Virus record (IMG/VR): IMGVR_UViG_3300024581_003204 | Location: 1 to 7,081 of that record | Direction: 5' to 3' (one strand) | Origin: a virus | Length of the DNA stretch: 7,081 nt | Shown: piece by piece, positions 1 to 5,812 of the stretch | Layout of the letters: every line of letters begins with the position of its first letter | Position numbering within the stretch: the stretch's first letter is position 1 | Notes under the pieces: model-generated | Database searches by the model: none | Told to the model about the DNA's origin: nothing | What the model saw: the letters and a program-made list of their open reading frames with translations, nothing else | Made by a program: the position numbers and the translations under genes

Positions 1-99
1 ATATAATGCGCACTAAGACAAAAGGCAGGATAATTCAGAATATGAGGTAACCTGTTGTAAAACCTACAATTGCTATGATTATAGCCACCAAGGTCATGT
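1..99. repeat. Terminal direct repeat, copy 1 (identical to 6983..7081). Most likely the overlap of a circular contig.
   Basis: I compared the strings by hand and 1..99 is identical to 6983..7081 (99/99). The window length equals 6982 + 99, and the repeat runs exactly to both window edges. Confidence 0.9.
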
Positions 100-121
100 T
101 GTTTTCAACCCAGTTATCCAT
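35..121 (-). CDS. Hypothetical 28-aa single-pass membrane peptide (MDNWVENNMTLVAIIIAIVGFTTGYLIF), located downstream of the zot-like gene.
   Basis: I translated it by hand; it is below the cutoff of the supplied ORF track. ATG at 121..119 and TGA at 37..35. An AAGG lies 8 nt upstream of the ATG. It has a hydrophobic core of about 18 residues. It occupies the position where CTXphi carries cargo. Its short length means it could be spurious. Confidence 0.3.
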   Translation of the reverse strand: MDNWVENNMTLVAIIIAIVGFTTGYLIF

Positions 122-176
122 TAGCTAAACCTTGTTAGTATTGATTTTCATAAGACGCTCTCTAGAAAACTACCGA

Positions 177-1337
177 TTAACCAAGTGTCGGAACAAGATC
201 TTCATTGTCACTAGAACGACGCTCCTGACAGTATATTAACTTACTATAATCACCATAAGTCAGCCTAACCATACAATCACCATAAACAGCAACATCATAG
301 CCGGCCAAATACAAGTCTGAGAGCTTTAGGTTCATGATGTATCCGCTCTTTTCTGCTTCAAAATACACATCATGTTGAAGATGCCAGCGACCGTTCGAGT
401 CATAATAACTACTGTCAGAATATCCAGTTATATAAAGCTCAAAATTTGAAAAAGGTATATCTCGATACTTATAGCTTGGCTTGGAAGGCACACGCCTCAC
501 TCCATTCGCTGCACTTGGAGCCTCTGAGACAGAGGTTTTTACTGATTTCATCATTGGTTCCGCTGAGCTGCTAGAACCAAACATCAGATAAAGTAAGCCT
601 AAAAGCGATAGCAAAAGCATAAATACTGTCATTCTAGCCATGCCGCTCTGATACCACTTTTTAATATCTTTAACCGCAGCTTCTTCTACAGGTGCATTAG
701 ACTGAGTATGAGATTTATACAATCGGAAATATTGAGGTTCATATTTCCTTACCTCCGAACTAATTAGTCCAGTTGTTCTAGGCTCTCCGTAGTAACTGGT
801 TTTTCGGCTGTAGCTAGATTCAAAGTGAGCGCGAACCTTACGAACTTCAAAGCAAATTTCTATATCTTCTCGTAAAAGCTTATTCAGCTTTCTATCGCTT
901 TGAGTCGATAGAATAAAATCGAACCCCCAATGACCATGACCTGAAAAGAAGTTTAGCTGCCTCTGTGTAAGGTCTGCTGGAATGATTGACTTGCCAGTTG
1001 TGTGCGTTGGAAAGTGAAAATGACACTCATCTATGACAAACAAAGGACCATAATCTTTCCCATTCTCATCCTTCCAGTTTTCATACTTAACATAGTCATC
1101 AGGGTCAGAAAGGAAAGGCAAACCTCGCTCGTTACCATACGGGTTTTTAAAATCAAATGGATATACATCAATTAAATCCCGTGCTTGAGGTCCGCAAATC
1201 TTCACAAACTCTTCAATGTTTAACGGAATATTAGTAACAACTTTTCGCCCTTCTTGAACTGCTGGAAGGATATGATACCTAACCGCTTCATAACTCTTTC
1301 CTGAACGAGGTTTACCCTTTAATAGAGAAATTGCCAT
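177..1337 (-). CDS. zot: Zot / pI-family phage assembly NTPase (inner-membrane morphogenesis protein).
   Basis: Walker A GKPRSGKS at aa 8-15 and Walker B LFVIDECH at aa 99-106. LPAVQEGRKVVTNIP and HGHWGFDFILSTQS resemble the Zot segments I recall (LPAIKSGRHIITNV, HRHHGWDICLTTPN). One TM segment lies at aa 236-254, followed by a periplasmic C-domain. It is the last large gene of the operon, and its start is 2 nt from the preceding stop. Confidence 0.9.
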   Translation of the reverse strand: MAISLLKGKPRSGKSYEAVRYHILPAVQEGRKVVTNIPLNIEEFVKICGPQARDLIDVYPFDFKNPYGNERGLPFLSDPDDYVKYENWKDENGKDYGPLFVIDECHFHFPTHTTGKSIIPADLTQRQLNFFSGHGHWGFDFILSTQSDRKLNKLLREDIEICFEVRKVRAHFESSYSRKTSYYGEPRTTGLISSEVRKYEPQYFRLYKSHTQSNAPVEEAAVKDIKKWYQSGMARMTVFMLLLSLLGLLYLMFGSSSSAEPMMKSVKTSVSEAPSAANGVRRVPSKPSYKYRDIPFSNFELYITGYSDSSYYDSNGRWHLQHDVYFEAEKSGYIMNLKLSDLYLAGYDVAVYGDCMVRLTYGDYSKLIYCQERRSSDNEDLVPTLG

Positions 1338-1339
1338 TA

Positions 1340-1660
1340 TTACCCCCTACCAAATCCAACAAACGGTATTGCTTGCATAATAAAGCGAATTAGAAGCGCA
1401 GTAATGACCATAGATAATGCCTGATTAAACCCAACATACGCTAAAAAGTTTTTATAATCTTGTGGTATAGCATCAACATAAGGAACTATAGAAATAAAGT
1501 TCAGTGATGCCCCAGCTGCATTTAAAGCCTCAATTCCAAGTGACATCAAGCTATCAAAGGCAAGGCAACCCAAGTCACAGAGCATGTCATAAAGACTTAG
1601 GAATATTGATGCAACTATACTTAAAAACTTATTCCAAATATCAACAATCAAATCCAGCAT
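1340..1660 (-). CDS. pVI-like minor coat / virion-end protein (same position as Ace in CTXphi).
   Basis: 106 aa and strongly hydrophobic, with several predicted TM stretches. It lies between the pIII-like and pI-like genes as in Ff and CTXphi. It is tightly packed: 4 nt after the upstream stop and 2 nt before the next start. Confidence 0.7.
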   Translation of the reverse strand: MLDLIVDIWNKFLSIVASIFLSLYDMLCDLGCLAFDSLMSLGIEALNAAGASLNFISIVPYVDAIPQDYKNFLAYVGFNQALSMVITALLIRFIMQAIPFVGFGRG

Positions 1661-1664
1661 ATTA

Positions 1665-3122
1665 CTAACCTATAATCAGTTTTCTACAATAAATGGCAGC
1701 GCCAAGCATCATTGCCGCCCTTAAAAATGTCCATATATGGTCTGGAAAGTCTAAGTTAATACAATCCACTTTATAATATTCAGTTGGGTCTAAACATATT
1801 TCAAAGTGTGGCTTTTTAGATACGCCACCAATGCTAAATCCAGAAATCCATTGGTAGAGCTCTCCATTTTTTAATGCTTCTATATTTTTATTAAACACCC
1901 CAGATATGCCATCTTTATAACGACGTTCCCAAAAGCTATTTGCTCCCTCAAGAGAAACGTTCGTTTCAGGTGATTTAGTTCGAGTGAAATTTTCACTTAA
2001 AACATTATTGATATTATTTAACGACTCGTTAGTCGAATCGATTCGACTTTCAATACCACCTAAATTAGAAACTTCTACTACACCAGATATTGAGGTCGGA
2101 TTGTTATCAGTAGATGTTCCACCATCAGGGTCTGGCTGGGGATTTTTATCTGTTGCGTCCCCCGTATTTAAGTCAATTACTTTAGAGTCCCCAGAAGCAA
2201 TGGAATTGGCAAGGTGGTATGCAATATCCCAGCTAGCTGGCGGTACATAGTAATCAGCGTTTGGATCAGTTTGTTGAGCAACTCCCCTGTTTATCCAGTC
2301 AGCATATGTCCACAACTCATCCCCCTGAGATGGCAAAGGAGCTCCGCTAGGAAGCGTTGGTGGTGCTGATGGCTCAATCTCAGGGATGAGCTCGGGATAA
2401 ATCGTAACACCTTTATCTGGACTGAATAACTTCAATTTTTCATCATTTGATAACGTATCAACGCGTGAGAAAAATTCAGAATCTATTTCTTGTTCTGTTG
2501 CTGGACGAGTGGACGGGGAAGGCTTGAAGTCTGGTTGACATGTGGAAACCGAGCTTTTTGCGTACTGGCAACTAACCCTATGAGCAGTGTCGCCAGAACC
2601 AAGCCAATACTTACCGCCAGAAAGCCTATAATTTATAGTTCTTAAATCCTGTCGAGATGGGTCTGGTTGGTAAGGAAGAATTTCTATTCCTACGACATAC
2701 TCTGAAGCAATAGACCAAGCTGCTTCACTAATTGTTGCCCCACTTCTATTACGTATATTCCATGCGATACCTTCTTCAGGAGATACGTCACCTTCTGGCA
2801 AAGCCTCTGGCTTGGATAAGACTCCGTCAACCATCATAAACCCTGCCGCAGCTACTAAAGATGCAATTGCAGCGTACTTGCCTCCGCTAGTTTTTAAGAA
2901 ACTCTTATACTTGGCTTTGGAAATCGTACCTTTGCTTTTGTAGAAAGGATCATTAGATGCGAATCCCCTAGCAATAACATCAATCGCAATACTTGAAGCT
3001 ACAGTTCTGACAACTGGGTTACTAGCAAGTACGGCAACCACCGCAAGCGGATTTGACCAAGCATATTGAATAGGAGAAAAAGAAACTAGAAATGCGAGAA
3101 CATAAATTAAAAGCTTTTTCAT
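1665..3122 (-). CDS. pIII-like adsorption / minor coat protein.
   Basis: 485 aa. N-terminal signal peptide (MKKLLIYVLAFLVSFSPIQYAWS) and C-terminal hydrophobic anchor (WTFLRAAMMLGAAIYCRKLIIG). Pro-rich linkers (PELIPEIEPSAPPTLPSGAPLPS and NPQPDPDGGTSTDNNPTS) separate domains. Its position directly after the major coat gene and its terminator matches the Ff layout. Confidence 0.75.
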   Translation of the reverse strand: MKKLLIYVLAFLVSFSPIQYAWSNPLAVVAVLASNPVVRTVASSIAIDVIARGFASNDPFYKSKGTISKAKYKSFLKTSGGKYAAIASLVAAAGFMMVDGVLSKPEALPEGDVSPEEGIAWNIRNRSGATISEAAWSIASEYVVGIEILPYQPDPSRQDLRTINYRLSGGKYWLGSGDTAHRVSCQYAKSSVSTCQPDFKPSPSTRPATEQEIDSEFFSRVDTLSNDEKLKLFSPDKGVTIYPELIPEIEPSAPPTLPSGAPLPSQGDELWTYADWINRGVAQQTDPNADYYVPPASWDIAYHLANSIASGDSKVIDLNTGDATDKNPQPDPDGGTSTDNNPTSISGVVEVSNLGGIESRIDSTNESLNNINNVLSENFTRTKSPETNVSLEGANSFWERRYKDGISGVFNKNIEALKNGELYQWISGFSIGGVSKKPHFEICLDPTEYYKVDCINLDFPDHIWTFLRAAMMLGAAIYCRKLIIG

Positions 3123-3133
3123 ACATCACCATT

Positions 3134-3157
3134 AAAAAAGGGGCAATCAACTGCCCC
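3134..3157 (-). terminator. Rho-independent terminator / attenuator after the major coat gene.
   Basis: The minus strand reads GGGGCA-GTTGAT-TGCCCC followed by TTTTTT. The stem is 6 bp (5 G:C) with a 6-nt loop. It sits just upstream of the pIII-like RBS, as the gVIII terminator does in Ff phages. Confidence 0.65.
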
Positions 3158-3245
3158 TCAACCCTAAAACCATTGCGAAACCGCACAAGCCACCCAAAAA
3201 AAGCATCATGCTATACATGAGCAACATTGAATGAACTACATACAT
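3147..3245 (-). CDS. Hypothetical 32-aa hydrophobic peptide (MYVVHSMLLMYSMMLFLGGLCGFAMVLGLRGS), possibly a small virion-cap or membrane protein.
   Basis: I translated it by hand. The ATG at 3245..3243 lies 2 nt after the coat-gene TAA, so translational coupling is possible. The TGA at 3149..3147 lies in the terminator loop. Its size and hydrophobicity resemble pVII/pIX-class proteins. There is no clear SD. Confidence 0.3.
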   Translation of the reverse strand: MYVVHSMLLMYSMMLFLGGLCGFAMVLGLRGS

Positions 3246-3247
3246 GA

Positions 3248-3484
3248 TTACGCACCGTTAATCGCTTTCTTACCAATACGCCAAGTTTTAAAAGCGCCAG
3301 CAACGGCATAAGAAATAGGAGCGACAACCGCTAATGCGGCAAGCAGATTACCAACTGAAATATGTTGAGTTACCATTGCAGCAAAATCTATAGAATCAGA
3401 ACTGCCCTCTGCTGCCATTGCTGAGCCAGAAGCTAAAATAAGCAAACCTGCTGCTGCTAGTTTTTCTAAACGAATGTTTTTCAT
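3248..3484 (-). CDS. Major coat protein (pVIII-like).
   Basis: 78 aa. Signal peptide ending AMA, then a mature N-terminus AEGSSDS (M13 mature pVIII starts AEGDDP). The N-terminus is acidic, the core is hydrophobic (LLAALAVVAPISYAVAGAF) and the C-terminus is basic (KTWRIGKK). A GAGG SD lies about 7 nt upstream, and a terminator follows. Confidence 0.9.
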   Translation of the reverse strand: MKNIRLEKLAAAGLLILASGSAMAAEGSSDSIDFAAMVTQHISVGNLLAALAVVAPISYAVAGAFKTWRIGKKAINGA

Positions 3485-3493
3485 ATAAACCTC

Positions 3494-3727
3494 TTAGATA
3501 TTTTCAATAGCTCTTTTAATTACACCTACCGCCCAAGAAGATTTATATGAAAATAAAACCAAAGAGAACGAAAATGTAAATAGAGCCGACATGTCACCAA
3601 AATCAACATAAGCTTGAGTTTGGTTATACTCTTCAATAGATAACGCCACTAATGAAGTACATTGAGAGACAGGATTGTCGGAAGAATATAGAAAACCCTG
3701 CTCATTAATTTCGAGACACTTAGCCAT
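3494..3727 (-). CDS. Small phage protein with a C-terminal hydrophobic segment (possible minor coat protein; the start codon is uncertain).
   Basis: 77-aa ORF at the pVII/pIX position between the ssDNA-binding candidate and the coat gene. The last 32 aa (MSALFTFSFSLVLFSYKSSWAVGVIKRAIENI) resemble M13 pIX as I recall it (MSVLVYSFASFVLGW...). No SD precedes the 3727 ATG. Confidence 0.5.
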   Translation of the reverse strand: MAKCLEINEQGFLYSSDNPVSQCTSLVALSIEEYNQTQAYVDFGDMSALFTFSFSLVLFSYKSSWAVGVIKRAIENI

Positions 3728-3760
3728 AAGTGAAATAAAAATATTTAAACGGATTGTTTA

Positions 3761-4066
3761 TTATTGCTTTGGTACTTCAACTGCTTTAATAAGCATGGTT
3801 GTCTTTCCTTGACTAACGCCAAGCCCGAAAGTAGCAATAAAGTCCACAGGTGCTTTTTTGTCTTCAAGCTCCATTTGAATTTGTTTTGAGACTGCGAAGC
3901 TATTACTTGTGTCAACAGCCGTTTTACCTAAAGAACAACCACATTTATTACCATCAGAGATATAATCAGTTAAAGTATGAACATTGGCAAAAATACCACT
4001 CTTACCATCGTCAGTCTCATACTCACCAAAATTAGACCCGTAGATAGTTACACGCATTTTATTCAT
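3761..4066 (-). CDS. Putative ssDNA-binding protein (pV / RstB position).
   Basis: 101 aa, immediately downstream of the replication gene. The stops are tandem (TAATAA) and a strong AAGGAG SD lies 6 nt before the ATG, implying high expression. The call rests on synteny and size; I cannot see direct similarity to M13 pV. Confidence 0.55.
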   Translation of the reverse strand: MNKMRVTIYGSNFGEYETDDGKSGIFANVHTLTDYISDGNKCGCSLGKTAVDTSNSFAVSKQIQMELEDKKAPVDFIATFGLGVSQGKTTMLIKAVEVPKQ

Positions 4067-4078
4067 TTTTGCTCCTTA

Positions 4079-5653
4079 TTAAGCATTACCTGACCACTGC
4101 TGGAAACTCATCTTTCCACTTGGTGCGTCAGCTTGTTGAGATTTTGTTGGAGGGGCTAACCTAACGTTCTTATCATTAGGTTTATGGAAAACTAAGTTAG
4201 AAGTACCATCGTTCCAAAGAACAAAAGAAACAGATTTGTTTTGATTTAAACGAACTTCTCGACCAGCTTGGAGCGCTCTAGCATAAAACGGAGGCATACC
4301 AACCTTCTCTAAAGCATCATAGATTTCATCAAGCTCTGTCGGTGCGACATTTTCTACAGCAGACTCACCTTTAAGATAAGCTAGCAAGTCTGCACCAGTT
4401 TTGATGCCGTCATAATTTGGTTCAACATAGTCAGCAGGACGCTGATTTTTAAAGTCAAAAGTAAGAACAGTACCTAGAGGAACTTGTTCATCAAGATGAA
4501 GGTTTTGCAATTGATCTTTTGAAAAACCAATCGCCATCAAATCATTGATATTTCTATGAAAGCTGGATTTGGACATAGTCTCTTTCACCTGTTTATATGT
4601 GTTGTGCTTCAAGCGGTCATACAGTTGAAATAGACGGAAAGCTTTAGATTGGCGAGTGATTCCCTTCGCATCTATCGTGTCATATTGATGATGAAGCAGT
4701 CCCATAATTTTATGGTCGTTAACTACGGTAAGAGTCGAACCCTCGATAGCCTCAAGAAGGTACTTGTTAGCATCACGCCAAGCCCACTCACAGAAAGACA
4801 TACCGCCAGATGAAGCTTCAAAAGCTTCTACATAAGCAAGAAACTCCCAAAGGTTGCGAGGAATATCATTCTTTTGGAACCAGCGAGACATAAATCGAGC
4901 CTCGAAACGTAAGCGATTCGTTGCAAAATCTCTTAAAGACTCATCAGAAAGCTGTTTGATCACATGATCATATTTACGAGTTTTTTCTTTCTTGGATAAG
5001 CGTTTAAGAGATTCGCACTGTTTCTCAACTTCATCTGATTTGGAGTAAATAATTAATGAAGTGCAACGACCTGAATCAGGGCTATTTTTGTCATTGTTGA
5101 AGTACACTGATGTTTCGTAATCACCTTCACGGCTTGGACGAAGATACTTGTGAGAAACAGAAGATAGAGATTTGAGAGCACCAAGAATTTGGTCGCGGGA
5201 TTCAACCTGAACAGAAAATGTGGAGTCAAAACGATAGATATCTGTTTTATCAAAGTCGAGAAGTTCAGCAAAAAGCGGCATTGCCTCTTTGAATGACACC
5301 AAAAAACCAGTCAGACAATTAACTAAGCAGTCAGAACCATAGACGTTGTGACCTTGCATGATCTTAGCTGGCGAAGCCTTTAACTCTACGCAGGCAGCTT
5401 CACGAAAACCTGAGCCTTGGAAAACCTTCATTGCGATTGCAGCGTAAGAAGTAGGAACAGATTCCCAAGGATGACGTAGGTTTTCAATATCAACTTCACC
5501 AGAATCAGAGTCAACAACAATGCCTGCCTCTAGCTTGAGCCCTTTTTCAAGTAGATCATCCATATTGATATGAAACTCCCACCCATCACGAACGGCAACT
5601 GGAGTATATAGCTCATCTTTAAAGTGAATTCTCAAACCAAATAAGTCGTACAA
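4079..5653 (-). CDS. Rolling-circle replication initiator, Ff gene II (pII) family, with a C-terminal extension of about 110 aa.
   Basis: Several blocks match M13 pII as I recall it. HPWESVPTSYAAIAMKVFQGS...CVELKASPAKIMQGHNVYGS matches HPFESLPTHYSGIAFKIYEGS...CVEIKASPAKVLQGHNVFGT. RLRFEARF matches LVRFEARI. FDFKNQRPADYVEPN matches VDFSSQRPDWYNEPV. The N-terminus YDLFGLRIHF aligns to IDMLVLRLPF, which supports the TTG start at 5653; a stop lies 4 codons upstream. Confidence 0.92.
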   Translation of the reverse strand: MYDLFGLRIHFKDELYTPVAVRDGWEFHINMDDLLEKGLKLEAGIVVDSDSGEVDIENLRHPWESVPTSYAAIAMKVFQGSGFREAACVELKASPAKIMQGHNVYGSDCLVNCLTGFLVSFKEAMPLFAELLDFDKTDIYRFDSTFSVQVESRDQILGALKSLSSVSHKYLRPSREGDYETSVYFNNDKNSPDSGRCTSLIIYSKSDEVEKQCESLKRLSKKEKTRKYDHVIKQLSDESLRDFATNRLRFEARFMSRWFQKNDIPRNLWEFLAYVEAFEASSGGMSFCEWAWRDANKYLLEAIEGSTLTVVNDHKIMGLLHHQYDTIDAKGITRQSKAFRLFQLYDRLKHNTYKQVKETMSKSSFHRNINDLMAIGFSKDQLQNLHLDEQVPLGTVLTFDFKNQRPADYVEPNYDGIKTGADLLAYLKGESAVENVAPTELDEIYDALEKVGMPPFYARALQAGREVRLNQNKSVSFVLWNDGTSNLVFHKPNDKNVRLAPPTKSQQADAPSGKMSFQQWSGNA

Positions 5654-5689
5654 ACCAAAACCCTGTCAATACCAATAATGATTGTTTAA

Positions 5690-5707
5690 AGTGTCTATAA
5701 TGACACT
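5690..5707. promoter_or_regulatory. Operator-like palindrome O1 (AGTGTC-TATAAT-GACACT).
   Basis: Perfect 6-bp inverted arms with a 6-bp spacer. It overlaps the predicted transcription start of the replication-gene promoter. Its centre is a perfect TATAAT on the plus strand. Confidence 0.6.
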
Positions 5708-5711
5708 AAAG

Positions 5712-5740
5712 ATATTACTAGCATCAAGCAGCAAGTGCAA
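5712..5740 (-). promoter_or_regulatory. Candidate sigma70 promoter for the replication / structural operon.
   Basis: The minus strand reads TTGCAC - 17 nt - TAATAT. The -35 is at 5740..5735 and the -10 at 5717..5712. The predicted start near 5705 lies inside O1. Confidence 0.55.
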
Positions 5741-5747
5741 CCCACTC

Positions 5748-5765
5748 AGTGTCATTTGTGACACT
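5748..5765. promoter_or_regulatory. Operator-like palindrome O2 (AGTGTCA-TTTG-TGACACT).
   Basis: Perfect 7-bp inverted arms with the same half-site as O1. The centres are 58 bp apart. It lies just upstream of the -35 of the replication promoter and abuts a TATAAA (5765..5770) on the plus strand. Confidence 0.6.
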
Positions 5766-5812
5766 ATAAAACGTGCAGTCAAAAACAAGAGGTAAAATGA
5801 ACGGAGGTAGAA

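Noticed and set aside
1-99. The 99-nt terminal repeats as biological LTRs, IS ends or att duplications
   Set aside because: The repeat boundaries coincide with the window edges and cut through a dif-like site and an ORF. There is no transposase or integrase. A circular-contig overlap is the simpler explanation.
639-641. Possible pXI-like internal in-frame start (Met233, just before the TM segment of the Zot-like protein)
   Set aside because: The position is analogous to Ff pXI, but the upstream context (CAGAGCGGC) is at best a weak SD. This cannot be supported without expression data.
1984-2250. 88-aa plus-strand ORF
   Set aside because: It lies entirely antisense inside the pIII-like gene. 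I saw no RBS and no recognisable motif. ORFs of this length are expected by chance opposite a long gene.
3850-4035. 61-aa plus-strand ORF
   Set aside because: It is antisense within the ssDNA-binding candidate. The composition is odd (rich in His, Gln and Tyr), and there is no start context.
4700-4740. Possible gene X-like in-frame internal start in the initiator gene
   Set aside because: The residue aligned with the M13 pX start Met is Leu308, encoded by CTT (4732..4730), which is not a start codon. The nearest in-frame ATG (Met317, KIMGLL, 4705..4703) has no SD. There is no support from the sequence alone.
5053-5271. 72-aa minus-strand ORF inside the replication gene
   Set aside because: It is out of frame with the replication gene, which has strong homology support across this segment. 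It is not comparable to the in-frame gene X of Ff.
5793-5798. TAAAAT as the -10 of the regulator promoter
   Set aside because: A transcript starting about 7 nt downstream would begin inside or after the GGAGG SD (5803..5807). No acceptable -35 lies at 16-18 bp. The regulator promoter remains unassigned; the candidates are TATAAA at 5765..5770 and TATAAT at 5696..5701.
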